Shown one piece after another: positions 26,907 through 37,373 of a DNA stretch of 64,000 nt. The notes below the pieces were generated by a model. That model saw only the letters and a list, made by a program, of their open reading frames with translations, was not told the DNA's origin and made no database searches. The stretch is from Alphaproteobacteria bacterium (lineage in GTDB: Bacteria > Pseudomonadota > Alphaproteobacteria > Bin95). Where the stretch lies: assembly GCA_965205265.1 (NCBI GenBank), contig CBDBGH010000003.1, positions 3,392,001-3,456,000 on the forward strand. The letters are read 5' to 3'. Position numbers and translations under genes: made by a program. Each line of letters begins with the position of its first letter. Position 1 is the first letter of the stretch.

Positions 26907-29460
26907 CGCTCTCCTGTTCCTTCGCCGACGCTCGCCAGTCGGCGATGCGGACGATGGTCTCCATCCAGGCGAGACGGAAGGGGCCGAACCGTTTCAGCAG
27001 ATCGCGCGTGCGCTCGGTCCAGCTCTCGCGCGTCACGTCGTCCCAGCCGAGCTCCATGATCGACAGGGTGAGCGGGCCGCCGGCCCAGCGTTCGCCGGCG
27101 CCGAGATCGAAGCCCGGAATCTCGTCGCCTTCCCATATCCCGCGGGCGAAGCGTGCGCCCGCCTGTTCGCCCGTTGGCGCCTGCTCGCGCGGCAGCGCAC
27201 GGAGGTTCATCCGCACCTTCCCGTGATGGGAAGCGATCAGCCAGGCCACGAGATCGGCGTCGCGCGACCAGTGCTCGTGTTGGAGGAACGCGAGAGCGGA
27301 CGCAAGCTCGTGCCGGAAGAAGATGCGGCCGTGACGCAGATGCGTTGCGACCGTCTTCGCGAGGAACCCTTGATCTCCACTATCGGACTCGGGCAGCCCT
27401 CGGCGCATGGTGTCCTGGAAGACTTCGTGCGCCTTGCCAAGATCGTGCCAGCGCGCCGCCCGGACAATGGCCTCGCGGGTCTCGGAATCGGTGGCGAGAG
27501 CACGGCAGAGGGCCTCTGCCTCCTCGGCGACACGGGCGAGATGTTCGGTGAGCGGCACCGGCACGCCGATCATGCTTCGCGGATCTTCGTCATGGCCCTC
27601 CTCGTCCACAGCCGATGGTGGATCCGAGCCGGAGGTGAGAGCCGGGGAGCCTGCGACCGGCGTCGGAACGTCTTCTGGATTGCCCGTGAACCCGATGGAT
27701 TCATCGTATCCGCCGGCCTCCGTAGCCACGAGCAGGATCATTCCCGGCCACGGAGGATCCCGGAAGGGCCTCCAGCCGAGCGGCGTCTTGCCGGCCGGGC
27801 CCCCGGTGCTTCGCCACTGCGGGTCGCGGACGAAGACGAAATCGCCGACATGCTTATCGCGCACCTTCTTCAGCCACTCTCCGGCCTGGCCGATGGGAGC
27901 GGCACACAGCTCGCCCGCATGAGGCCGGGGCGGCACTTGGCCGGCTGCGGACCCCTCGCGCAGATCGCGCCAGAAGATGCGGACATCGGTGTCGTCCGTG
28001 TCCCGGACCCAGGGAGAGACATCGACATCGAAGCCGGTCAGATCGGGGTCCGTATCGAAGAGATCGTCCAGATCCTTCCGGCGGATGACCCGCCGTGGCG
28101 GATCGACGGCGCCCGGCGGGGGGAGGTTCGCGGGAGCCGCGTCGGCCAGCGACGCAAGTCGTTCGCGCGCCTCTTGCAGCTCCTCGGTCAGGTAGGGGAG
28201 CGCCAGGTCGCGCTCGGCCTTCTCGTCCCCCGATTCGCCGAGCAGGTCGATCCAGTGAATGTCGGCGCCGCCATCGAGCTCCGCGTACCGGTTCGCGCGA
28301 CCGAAGCGCTGCACCAGGGACGGCCAGGGCGCGAGCTCGGTGAACAGGACGGCGGCGGAGATGTCGACACCGGCTTCGACGGCCTGCGTGGCGACCACGA
28401 TGATGTCATTCGGCTCACTCGACCCGCCGCTGGCGACCTTGCCCATCTCCCGCTCGCGCTCGGCCGGGCGAAAGCGCGAGTGGACGAGGGCCAGCACCGG
28501 CGACGGTGCTTCACGTTGTGGCGGCGATCGCTTGATCGCCGCATGAAGCTCTCGATGAAGTTCCTGCGCCCGCGCCACCCGGTTGACGATCACGAGGGTC
28601 ATGTGCCCGGTGCGGTGGGCGGCCAGGATCGATTCCGCGAGCTCCCCGACATAGCGCTTCAAGTCCTCGGACTTCGCAGACGCCGGTCCGATGTCGGAAC
28701 GGCGAAGCGCCTTCCTCGCCTTCGCGAGGCGGGCAAGCCGGCCGTCCGCCGCCGCACCCGGATCGACCCGCGCCACCGTTTCCGGTGCCGGCTCGGCATG
28801 GTCCACGGTCCTGAGCCAGGCCGGCTCGAGGGTGGCGGAGATCCAGAGGCTGCGGGCGGGGTGGCCGTTCGGTCGATGCGCCCGCGCGGCGCGCTCGGCC
28901 TCGTGGCGACGAAAGGCTTCGAGCTGGGCCGAGGTAGCGCGGCCTGCCCCCATGAGCTGGACTTCGTCGAAGACCCACCGGGTGTCGTCGTGAAGCAGCG
29001 CGAACTCCATCGGCCAGTTGGCCCGCGAAGCAGCGTAGCCGCGCATGAGCGCACGGCTGAGAAGCATGTCCTGGGTGCCGACGAGCACCGCCGGACGTTC
29101 GGGTTTCTCGATCCAGCCGCCCGCCTCGACGCCGCCCACGAGGACATGAACATCTTCCGGTCCCGGGAGCCTGTCAGAACCGCTCGTTTCGGCCGCCAGC
29201 CGCGCAACCCAGTCTCTGACAGCTTCCGCGGTTTGTTCGACCAAGGTTCGCATCGGGAGGCACCACACCAGTCGGCGCGGCGTCGTTTCGGACGATCGCA
29301 AGCGGTGCGCTATCCATCCGAGGGTGACCGCCGCGGTCTTGCCCGAGCCGGTCGGCGCTACAAGGACTTGCGGCCAGTCGTCCGCCATGAGGGCGTGCTG
29401 CCAAGGATCCGGCTTTCGGTTCTCGCCGAAAGCAATCCGATAAATCTCTGCTCCGTCCAA
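26890..29460 (-). CDS. cas3: Type I-G Cas3 (N-terminal helicase, C-terminal HD nuclease)
   Basis: APTGSGKT, DEVQ, QRFGRANR, then LTEH, WHDLGKAH, RHELASA, SHHG, IAD; TTG start with RBS. Confidence 0.95.
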   Translation of the reverse strand: MDGAEIYRIAFGENRKPDPWQHALMADDWPQVLVAPTGSGKTAAVTLGWIAHRLRSSETTPRRLVWCLPMRTLVEQTAEAVRDWVARLAAETSGSDRLPGPEDVHVLVGGVEAGGWIEKPERPAVLVGTQDMLLSRALMRGYAASRANWPMEFALLHDDTRWVFDEVQLMGAGRATSAQLEAFRRHEAERAARAHRPNGHPARSLWISATLEPAWLRTVDHAEPAPETVARVDPGAAADGRLARLAKARKALRRSDIGPASAKSEDLKRYVGELAESILAAHRTGHMTLVIVNRVARAQELHRELHAAIKRSPPQREAPSPVLALVHSRFRPAEREREMGKVASGGSSEPNDIIVVATQAVEAGVDISAAVLFTELAPWPSLVQRFGRANRYAELDGGADIHWIDLLGESGDEKAERDLALPYLTEELQEARERLASLADAAPANLPPPGAVDPPRRVIRRKDLDDLFDTDPDLTGFDVDVSPWVRDTDDTDVRIFWRDLREGSAAGQVPPRPHAGELCAAPIGQAGEWLKKVRDKHVGDFVFVRDPQWRSTGGPAGKTPLGWRPFRDPPWPGMILLVATEAGGYDESIGFTGNPEDVPTPVAGSPALTSGSDPPSAVDEEGHDEDPRSMIGVPVPLTEHLARVAEEAEALCRALATDSETREAIVRAARWHDLGKAHEVFQDTMRRGLPESDSGDQGFLAKTVATHLRHGRIFFRHELASALAFLQHEHWSRDADLVAWLIASHHGKVRMNLRALPREQAPTGEQAGARFARGIWEGDEIPGFDLGAGERWAGGPLTLSIMELGWDDVTRESWTERTRDLLKRFGPFRLAWMETIVRIADWRASAKEQESGDDDA

Positions 29461-29891
29461 TTTGTCCTCTCCCGAGGCTGCGGAGGCTTACTTCACGGAC
29501 CGAAGGCGCAGTCTGGCAATCGCCGCCTCAGAGTAGGCTCTCTCGAGTATCAATCGTCGAGTTCGACGAAATTCTGCCGCGCGGGCACTCTTGATTACCG
29601 GCATTTGGCATTCGATGCCAGCTATTTGCTTCGTCCTGAAGGCCATTCAGGCGGAGACCGGATGGTGCGAAGGAGATGATCGGGGCGGCTGCTTGATCAT
29701 TTCGTCCGGGTGTCGCCCCGCGGGCGTGTCGGGGAACGGTGCTTCAGCAACCCGGAACATAAGCAGGTGGAAATATTTTTCACCCTCCAGCGCCGGGCAT
29801 GCGCGGCATGCGCCGCCAAGAGCATAAAGCGCAGGATTTGCCATATCCAAGACGGTTTCCCCGCCCGTCCGTGTTCCCTATCTGTCTTCGC

Positions 29892-30578
29892 ATGAAGGCC
29901 TCGGAGACAGTCCTGCCCGGCATCCTGGCGGCCCGGTTTCTGCGGGCGGTCGAGGCTTGGTGCGCCCGAAGCGGGATGAGCGCCGGGGCGTTCGGCGCGG
30001 CCGCGGTCGGCGACCGGGGCTTCGTCGCTTCCGTGCGCAACGGCCGGAACCTGCGCCTCGCGACGGTGGACCGGGCGCTCGCCGTCATGGGCGCGCCGCC
30101 GGCCGGCCCCGCCTTCCGCCGGGAGGTCGAGGCGTTTCTCGCGGTGACGGGGATCAAGCGCTCGCTGTTCGGACAGGAGGCGACGGGCAACCCCTCTTTC
30201 GTCGCGCATCTGCTCGGCGGCGTGTCGCCGACGCTGGCGACGGTGGAGGCGGTGCGCGCGGCGATGCGGTCGCTGGCAAGCCCGGTCGAACGGCATGAGG
30301 TCCGCGCCCGCGCCGGCGCGATGCCGGCGCTGCTGACCGGCGCCCCGTGGCCGCTGCCGGCGTTGCCCGCGGAGGAACCGGCCCGGCCGGCCCGCAGCGG
30401 GGACCGGGGGTATGTGGACACCCGCGAGGCGGCGGCCCGGCTCGGACTTTCCCCGGCGACGCTGGCGCGCTACCGCATCACCGGAGAGGGACCGTGGTTC
30501 CACCGCTTCGGGGGCTGCGTGCGCTACCGGGGCGACCACCTGGAAGCCTGGGCCGCCGAACGCAGGATATCGCGGTGA
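29892..30578 (+). CDS. Regulator with two tandem Cro-like domains and a C-terminal AlpA/excisionase HTH
   Basis: Internal repeat VEAW..FG..AVGD..FV and VEAF..FG..ATGN..FV; YVDTREAAARLGLSPATLARYR...VRY. Confidence 0.7.
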   Translation: MKASETVLPGILAARFLRAVEAWCARSGMSAGAFGAAAVGDRGFVASVRNGRNLRLATVDRALAVMGAPPAGPAFRREVEAFLAVTGIKRSLFGQEATGNPSFVAHLLGGVSPTLATVEAVRAAMRSLASPVERHEVRARAGAMPALLTGAPWPLPALPAEEPARPARSGDRGYVDTREAAARLGLSPATLARYRITGEGPWFHRFGGCVRYRGDHLEAWAAERRISR

Positions 30579-30602
30579 GGCCGGACGTCCCCGGACACGG
30601 GG

Positions 30603-31205
30603 ATGGCGGTCATGGTTGACCATGACAGATGGCTCATTCCTCTGGTCCTGGCCGGCCTCTGCACGGCGGCGATGGCGGTGCTGGTCGCCGGCCTCGCGCT
30701 GGCACTCGGCACGACCGGGCACGACTGGTACGCCGCCTGGAAGTTCACGCTGGTCGAGGCCATGCTGGCCATCGGCTTCGGCGATTACGGGCTGGTCGAA
30801 TACCGCACGGCGGCCGGCGAAACCGTCACCGTCGAGCGCTACCGTCTCGCCCATATGATGCACGAAGCGTGGCGGGCGCGCCGGCTGATCCTCTCCCTGG
30901 CGTCGGACCGCGCGGTGCTGGGCGCGTGCACCGGGCTTTCCCTGGTAGCACTGTGGCTTTCGGTGCGGGCGGCGCTGGGCCTGCGGCACCTCTGGAGCGG
31001 CCGCGGGGCGGTTGTCGAGCGGGCGCGGGCCGATCGCCCGCCGCCGGACCGATTGCCGGCCTGCGACCCTCCCGGTCCTGCGAAACCTCCGCCCGTCGAC
31101 GTGGGGCAAGGCAAGTCCCGTGTTGACAAGGACAACAGGGCGGAACCCGACACGGAGCCCGCGTGCCAGGCGCGCCGGCATCGCCAGTACGGGCGCTGGG
31201 TCTGA
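30603..31205 (+). CDS. Membrane protein resembling the N-terminus of a TraD-like coupling protein, with no ATPase domain
   Basis: Hydrophobic segments; stop overlaps the relaxase ATG; no Walker motifs. Family assignment is from recall only. Confidence 0.45.
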   Translation: MAVMVDHDRWLIPLVLAGLCTAAMAVLVAGLALALGTTGHDWYAAWKFTLVEAMLAIGFGDYGLVEYRTAAGETVTVERYRLAHMMHEAWRARRLILSLASDRAVLGACTGLSLVALWLSVRAALGLRHLWSGRGAVVERARADRPPPDRLPACDPPGPAKPPPVDVGQGKSRVDKDNRAEPDTEPACQARRHRQYGRWV

Positions 31206-34200
31206 TGGTTGCCTCGACCGGCGCGGTGGCGAGCCCGTCCCAGGGGGCGCACTACTACGAGGCGGACGGCTACTACGCGAAGGATTCGCCCGAGCACCGG
31301 GCGGCGAGTGCCTGGGCGGGCCGGGGCACGGAAGCGCTCGGCCTCCGGGGCCCGGTCGATGCGGATGCGTTCAGGGCGGTGCTGGAGGGCGAAGTCCCGG
31401 ACGGCTCGGGGAAGCGGCTCGGTCGCCGCATGGGCGACGGCGGGATCCGCCACCGTCCCGGCCGCGACCTGACCTTCAGCGCGCCGAAGTCGGTGTCCCT
31501 CGCGGCGCTGGTCGGCGGCGACGGGCGCATCGTGGAGGCCCACGACCGGGCGGTCGGGCGCGCGCTCGACTGGTTCGAGAGCAACGCCGCCGAGACCCGG
31601 ATGCAGGATGCCGTCACGGGCCGCATGGTCCGGGCCGGCGATCAAAGGACGGTGGTCGCCCGGTTCCGGCACGAGACCTCCCGCAACCTCGACCCGGCGC
31701 TGCATACGCACTCCGTGATCGCCAACATGCTGCTCGGCCCGGACGGGAAATGGCGCACCATGGCGAACGAGAGCCTGTATGCCTCGAAGATGCTGCTGGG
31801 GGCGCTCTACCGGAGCGAGCTTGCCGGGGAACTGGCGAGGCTCGGTTACGGTATCGAGCGGACCCATGCCGACGGGCGCTTCGAGATCGCCGGCGTCTCG
31901 CGGCATGTCATCGAAGCGTTCTCGACGCGCCGGGCCGAGATCGAGGCGGCGATGGCGGGCCGGGGCTTGGGGTCCACGGCGGAGAACCAGCATGCCGCCC
32001 GGCGCGCGGCGCTGATGACGCGGGCGGCGAAGCGCGATGTCGATCGCGATGCATTGCGCGAGGCCTGGGCGCGGCAAGCCGCCGAACTCGGCTTCGATGC
32101 CAGGGCGCTCGCGGCATTCGCCATGGAGCGGAGCCTGAATGGCGCGGAGAGGGAGCATGACGGCGCCGGGAACACCGGCAAGGGCGGTCCGCCCGCGGCG
32201 TCGCGGCAGGCGGACCTGTTCGAGCACGCGGCGCGGGCGGACCCCGCGCGCGAGGCGGTGGACTGGGCGCTGGCCCATCTCTCGGAGCGCGACGCGGTGT
32301 TCGCCAGGACCGACCTGCTCGCGGCCGCGCTGGCTTACAGTCCCGGTTGCGCCTCCATCGGCGAGATCGAGCGCGCCGTCGCCGGTCTCCGGCGCGAGGG
32401 CCGGCTGCACGAAGCGCCGTGCTTGGAGAGCCTGTCCCGGGCCGGTCGCGGGAGCGGCAGTCTCACCACCGACAGGGCGGCGGCCGACGAGCGCGAGACG
32501 ATCGCGCTGATGCGCGGCGGCGCGGGCCGGGGCAAGGCGCCGATGCGCGGCTGGAGGGTGGACCGGCATCTCAGGAAGGGACCGCTCACGGCCGGGCAGC
32601 GGGAGGCGGTGAAGCTGATCCTGAGCGAGCGCGATCGAACGGTCGGGGTGCAGGGGTTCGCCGGGACGGGGAAGACCCGGATGCTGAACCGCGCCCGGGC
32701 GCTGGCGGAGAAGAAGGGCTGGCGCATGGCGGGTCTCGCCCCGTCGGCTTCGGCGGTGCGGACGCTGGCGGCGGAATCGGGCATCGAGAGCGAGACCCTC
32801 CAGCGGTTCCTCGCGAGAAACGCGGGCATCGCCGAGGGGCGTCTCACGAAGAAGGGCGCCAGGGACATGCGCGCGGCCTTCGCGAAGACCGTGCTGGTGG
32901 TGGACGAAGGGTCCCTCGCATCGACCGTGCAGGCCCGCGACCTGCTCAGGATCGCCGCCGCCATCCGCATCCCGAAGCTGGTGCTGGTGGGCGATGCGAA
33001 GCAGCTCGACGCCGTCGATGCCGGCAAACCGTTCGCCCAGTTGCAGCAGGCGGGCATGAAGACCGCGGTGATGGACGAGATCCTGCGCCAGCGCGACCCC
33101 GGCCTGAAGGCCGCCGTCGAGGCGAGCCTCGCGGGCGAGATCGCCACGGCGTTCGAGAAGCTCGGCTCCCATGTCGCCGAGGTCAAGCCTGACAACATCG
33201 CCGGCGCGGTCGCGGCACGGTGGCTCGCGCTCTCGCCCGAGATGCGCGCGCGCACCGGGGTGATGGCCCCGAGCCATGAGTTGCGCGAGGGCATCAACGC
33301 CCATATCCGCGAGCGCCTCGCCCGTGAGGGGCGCATCGCGGGGCCGGTGTTGCAAACGCAGCGGCTGGTCTCGAAGGGCCACACGCACGCGGAGAAGGCG
33401 CTCGCCTCCAACTACGCCCCCGGCGACGTGGTCGCCTTCCACCGCCCCTACAGGCGGCTCGGCGTGGAGAAGGGCGAGGAACGCCGCGTCATGGGCGTCG
33501 AGCGCAAGGCCCGCGCGGTGCTGCTGGACGACGGCCACGGCGGCCGGGTCGCCTGGAAGCCGTCGGAGATCGGCGGACGCAAGGGCGGGACCGAGGTCTA
33601 CCGGACCGAAACCGTCGAACTGCGCGCCGGCGACCGTATCCGCTGGACCCGCAACGACAAGGGCCTCGGGCTGGTCAACTCCGGCACGGCCGAGGTGATC
33701 GGCGTGCGCAACGGGCGGGTGACGTTCCTGCTGGAGGAGGGACGCAGGCTCACCCTCACACCGGGCGATCCCCAGCTGCGCCATCTCGATTACGCATGGG
33801 CCGCGACCGTGCATGCGTTCCAGGGCCGCACCGTCGACAACGTGATCGCGGCGATGGAGGCGAACCACCCCAACCTGACCACCGCCAAGGCGTTCTATGT
33901 CGAGATATCCCGCGCCCGCGACCGGGCGGAACTGGTCACCGACGACGCCCAGGCGCTGAAGGAACGGCTGGAAGCGGTCACCGGAGAGCGTATCTCGGCC
34001 CTCGAAGGCATCGGCGAGAGCCTCCACCCGGAACGCGAACGCGGGCGGGAAAAAGACGGGAAGGCGCTGCTCGACAGGGAGCGGGCGAATGCCGAGACGT
34101 CGTCGCCGCACCCCCCGGTGCGGGATATCGAGCCGGTTCCGGCCCGCGACAAGGCGCCAAAGCCCGAACCGCCCGCCAGGGGCAAGGGCATCGAGATCGA

Positions 34201-34213
34201 CCTCGGTCTCTGA
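31205..34213 (+). CDS. MOBF (TrwC/TraI-like) relaxase-helicase
   Basis: YY..DGYY, DLTFSAPKSVS, HETSR..DPALHTH, FSTR, GFAGTGKT, VVDE, YAATVHAFQG-like helicase motif, YVEISR. Confidence 0.95.
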   Translation: MVASTGAVASPSQGAHYYEADGYYAKDSPEHRAASAWAGRGTEALGLRGPVDADAFRAVLEGEVPDGSGKRLGRRMGDGGIRHRPGRDLTFSAPKSVSLAALVGGDGRIVEAHDRAVGRALDWFESNAAETRMQDAVTGRMVRAGDQRTVVARFRHETSRNLDPALHTHSVIANMLLGPDGKWRTMANESLYASKMLLGALYRSELAGELARLGYGIERTHADGRFEIAGVSRHVIEAFSTRRAEIEAAMAGRGLGSTAENQHAARRAALMTRAAKRDVDRDALREAWARQAAELGFDARALAAFAMERSLNGAEREHDGAGNTGKGGPPAASRQADLFEHAARADPAREAVDWALAHLSERDAVFARTDLLAAALAYSPGCASIGEIERAVAGLRREGRLHEAPCLESLSRAGRGSGSLTTDRAAADERETIALMRGGAGRGKAPMRGWRVDRHLRKGPLTAGQREAVKLILSERDRTVGVQGFAGTGKTRMLNRARALAEKKGWRMAGLAPSASAVRTLAAESGIESETLQRFLARNAGIAEGRLTKKGARDMRAAFAKTVLVVDEGSLASTVQARDLLRIAAAIRIPKLVLVGDAKQLDAVDAGKPFAQLQQAGMKTAVMDEILRQRDPGLKAAVEASLAGEIATAFEKLGSHVAEVKPDNIAGAVAARWLALSPEMRARTGVMAPSHELREGINAHIRERLAREGRIAGPVLQTQRLVSKGHTHAEKALASNYAPGDVVAFHRPYRRLGVEKGEERRVMGVERKARAVLLDDGHGGRVAWKPSEIGGRKGGTEVYRTETVELRAGDRIRWTRNDKGLGLVNSGTAEVIGVRNGRVTFLLEEGRRLTLTPGDPQLRHLDYAWAATVHAFQGRTVDNVIAAMEANHPNLTTAKAFYVEISRARDRAELVTDDAQALKERLEAVTGERISALEGIGESLHPERERGREKDGKALLDRERANAETSSPHPPVRDIEPVPARDKAPKPEPPARGKGIEIDLGL

Positions 34214-34309
34214 CTGCGGCCTTCGGAACTTCCTTTCGAACGTTCCCGGACGCGATCCGCTCCCGAACCGGGAAGCGGCCCGCATTGCACACAGTCCTGG
34301 TCCGGATCT

Positions 34310-34696
34310 TCACGCCGGTCCCTCGTCCATTGTCTCCGCCATGCTCCTGCGGGCGGCGGCGATGAGGTCGTCGAGCTCCGCGCCGCGTTCGGCGTCGAGC
34401 ATCTCCTCCCGGTCGAGCGTCGCCATCACGTAGACGAGGCGGTAGATCTCCTCGATGAGCGCGGCATGGCCCTGCGACAAGGTGGCCGGTGGAGGTTCCC
34501 CCAGGCGATCCTCGGCGGCGGCAACCGCGCTCGATCGCACGAGTTCGCCGGGGGACATGCCGTGCCGCGCGGCGGCCCGCCGGATCAGGTCCCACTCGGA
34601 ATCGGAGAAGCGGGTCGAGCGCTGCCGGCGCGCATTGCTCCGGTTCTCCGCGGGTTTCTTCCCGGTCTCGGGCCTTTCCCGTTCGCTTCCCGCCAT
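34310..34696 (-). CDS. Ribbon-helix-helix (MobC/CopG-like) accessory protein
   Basis: RSTRFSDSEWDLIRRAAARHGMSPGELVR; adjacent to the relaxase. Confidence 0.7.
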   Translation of the reverse strand: MAGSERERPETGKKPAENRSNARRQRSTRFSDSEWDLIRRAAARHGMSPGELVRSSAVAAAEDRLGEPPPATLSQGHAALIEEIYRLVYVMATLDREEMLDAERGAELDDLIAAARRSMAETMDEGPA

Positions 34697-35624
34697 CCCT
34701 TCTGCCCTTTCCAGGTCGAACTGCCGGCCGGCCGCAATGAACTTCCGACCCTGAAACAGCACGCCGGCGGCCTGTTTGCGGCCGGGCCCGATCCGCCCGA
34801 CAAGGCCGCCGTACCCTTCTTCACCCGCCCCGACGGAACCGCAACCGGACGCCCCGAAGGGCGCCGCCGCGACCCGGATGCCGATCCCGGGGGCGTGTTT
34901 TTCCGTGTTTCGAGAGCCTGCACGGTGGAACACACCGTCACACACCCTGCCACCGATCGCAACCACCCTGACTGCTTTTGGCGACAGGCGCGCGCTGGAC
35001 CGCGCCCCGGTACGACGATCCGGCGAACACAAATCGGTGGCGCTCGGTCCGCGTTGCGCCGGCGGGATTCTGGCGGCGCCTGTCCACTCCTGGCGGCGCC
35101 AGGCAGCGCCTGTCATCGTATGCCGCATCCCTGCATCGGGATGCGTTCCGGTGTGACGAATTAGCGGCTTTGCCGTAGAGACAGAGCCGGAACGGACAGC
35201 ATTCATGATGGGGAAATCGGCGCCGGCGAGAGCGGCGGATTGGAGCCTCCGCGGCGCCTGATGCGGGCGACGGTGGCGACACCACGAATGGACGAAGTGT
35301 CGAGCGCGGCGCCGGGGGCGGTGACGGCGGTTCCGACGGGAGCGCCGTCACGAGGATCGGCGGGAGTGCCGGGAGCGATGCAGGCGACAACGCGCGATGG
35401 CGGCGACAGCCGCAAGGCGCTGCTGCCTTGGCCGGCGATCGGGCTGGCGGTCGCCAGCACCGACGGCGCTGCCGGAGATGCCGGTCACGGCGTCGATCGC
35501 GAGCGGGGCGCGAAGCACGCGCGAGGAGGGCGTTGTCCGCGCGATGCCGTTTGCGGAAAGAGCAGCGAGCCGCGCCGCCGTCCCGTTGCCGGGGATGACG
35601 ATGCGGCCCGCGCTGCGTTGCGGC

Positions 35625-36563
35625 CTATGCGCTGGCCTGGAGGACCGGGATACCGAGCTGGCGCGCGCGGTCGATGAGGTTCCCGGTGATGCCGCCGCCG
35701 CTGGCGGGGAAGGCGATGACGCCCTTGGGCAGGAGGTTGAGCAGTTCGTCGTTGCGGCGGAAGGGCGCGGCGCGGCCGTGCCTGTTCCAGTCGGGCTTGC
35801 AGACGACCTGGTGGACGCCGTTGCGCTCGGCCCAGCTTGCGGCGACCTTCTCGACGCCGGGTCCGCCGCCGTGCACGAGGACCATGTCGTTGTGCTTGGC
35901 GCGGGTCCTGTCGAGCATGCGGATCACCGCGTCGGGGTTGTCGATGTCCTTGCCGCCGGCGATGGCGACGAGGGTTCCCTGCGGCATGTGGGCCATGGTC
36001 TCGCGGTCCTTGCGTGCGCGGACGAAGTCTCGGGCGTCGATGCTGGCGGAGGTCAGCCTGCCGGTCTGGCTGACGTGGCTGCCGCGCCGGGGCCGCCAGG
36101 TGTCGCCGGTCTCGGCGCGGTACTGTTCGGCCACCGCATCGCGCAGGGTCTCGAAGGCGTCGCGTCGGTCCCCGAGGTTCTGTGCGCGGTCGGTGACGAG
36201 TTCGAGTTCGCGGGACCTGATCTCGGTTCCGTCCTGGTCGCGCTGGAGGTCGCGGAGTTCGGGGGTGAGCCGATCGACGCCGCGGTCGATGCGCTGCGTC
36301 TGGGCATGGAGCATGTTGACGAACCCCCAGAGCAGGTGTTCGCGCTCGTCGGCGAGCTGCGTGCCGTCGGGGCAGACGCCTTCGGCCATGATGCGGAAGG
36401 CTTCGGCAACGGCGTCGGTGGCGTCGTCCTTGTCCCAGACGTCGCGGGTGTCGAACTCGCCGCGTTCGGGGGTTGCGCCGTAGAGGGCGGCGTTCTCGCA
36501 GACGGTTGCGGTCACGGAGTGCCCTTCGGTCTCCATGGTGTCGATGTTCTCGATGAGGGTCAT
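35625..36563 (-). CDS. DUF2493 (YspA/SLOG-like) protein
   Basis: VAIAGG, LVHGG, PDWNRHGRAAPFRRND, IAFP; RBS AAGGAG. Confidence 0.85.
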   Translation of the reverse strand: MTLIENIDTMETEGHSVTATVCENAALYGATPERGEFDTRDVWDKDDATDAVAEAFRIMAEGVCPDGTQLADEREHLLWGFVNMLHAQTQRIDRGVDRLTPELRDLQRDQDGTEIRSRELELVTDRAQNLGDRRDAFETLRDAVAEQYRAETGDTWRPRRGSHVSQTGRLTSASIDARDFVRARKDRETMAHMPQGTLVAIAGGKDIDNPDAVIRMLDRTRAKHNDMVLVHGGGPGVEKVAASWAERNGVHQVVCKPDWNRHGRAAPFRRNDELLNLLPKGVIAFPASGGGITGNLIDRARQLGIPVLQASA

Positions 36564-36648
36564 GACGGTCTCCTTGACGATCGGTTGCGCGCTGGGGCCG
36601 ATCCCCAGACGTGATGTCCTGTTGGGAGCCGCGCGCGCAGGGGAAGCA

Positions 36649-36735
36649 CCTGGCCCTGGAAACCCTTGGGGCGGAGTGGTGCGGAAGATCGCTCCGCGAT
36701 CTTCACGGTCCGCCCTTAGGGTTTCCCTGGCCAGG
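36649..36735. other. Long nested stem-loop (candidate single-strand promoter or ssi)
   Basis: Nested pairs CCTGGCC/GGCCAGG, GGAAACCCT/AGGGTTTCC, GGGCGGA/TCCGCCC, GAAGATCGC/GCGATCTTC. Confidence 0.6.
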
Positions 36736-36920
36736 CCGCAGGGAGCGGAGCGACCGGAGGACCCCGCAGGGGTTGCTGGAGCGAGCCCGTGGATCACAAT
36801 GGGACATCACGTCGTCCGGCCCATTCTCTCCCCCTGCACGGACCCCATCGGCCTCTCGGCAGACACGGCGCTGGCGGACGACGCACCGGCCGTGCCGCCA
36901 GCGGGCGATGGCCGCCGCGC

Positions 36921-37148
36921 TCATTGCCAGAGGGGGTGGCTCAGGACGCGCCGGGCGACGGTCTCGCGGATGCGCGAGCGATCATGGATGCGCACGGGGC
37001 CGCGGGGGTCCTCGTCGAGCCAGCAGACGTAGTAGTGCGAGCCCGGGTTCAGGATGTCGTCATGGCGGTGCACCTCGCCGACGAAGTCGCCCTCGACATG
37101 GATGCGTGACTCTTCCGGCGTGATGCGCCTGAAAACGATGTCGGTCAT
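36921..37148 (-). CDS. Hypothetical protein, 75 aa
   Basis: RBS GGGGAG; plausible amino-acid composition; co-oriented with neighbours. Confidence 0.65.
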   Translation of the reverse strand: MTDIVFRRITPEESRIHVEGDFVGEVHRHDDILNPGSHYYVCWLDEDPRGPVRIHDRSRIRETVARRVLSHPLWQ

Positions 37149-37373
37149 GTTGTTCTCCCCGTCGGATGTTGCCGGAGGCAGGGACCGCTCCTTCTCTCCT
37201 CGCGGCGTTCGCCCGCCCGCCGCTCCACGCCGACCCCAGCCGGCTCTTGCAAATTGACGGCGACGCCGCCGTCCTTCGCGGCCGGCGGGTCAGGGAGGGC
37301 TCCGGACAGGCGGCAAAAGGGGGGCGGCCGCGCAGCGGCCGCCCGAGTTGGGAGGAAGGAAGTGTGATCGGCC

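Noticed and set aside
7058-34213. CRISPR-associated transposon or guide-directed integration
   Set aside because: No TnsB/TnsC/TniQ genes; Cas3 is intact, and the neighbouring IS630 is an ordinary decayed insertion.
24276-34285. Very long opposite-strand ORFs (927, 939 and 1148 aa; also 855 aa at 39983-42550)
   Set aside because: They are antisense shadows of cas8g, cas3, the relaxase and the lipoprotein, as expected in high-GC DNA, and have no motifs.
34922-34952. Exact nic site (hairpin ACGGTG/CACCGT plus GGGTGTGTG on the minus strand, loosely F-like)
   Set aside because: The resemblance is weak and on the strand opposite to that implied by leading-gene orientation, so oriT is only placed broadly.
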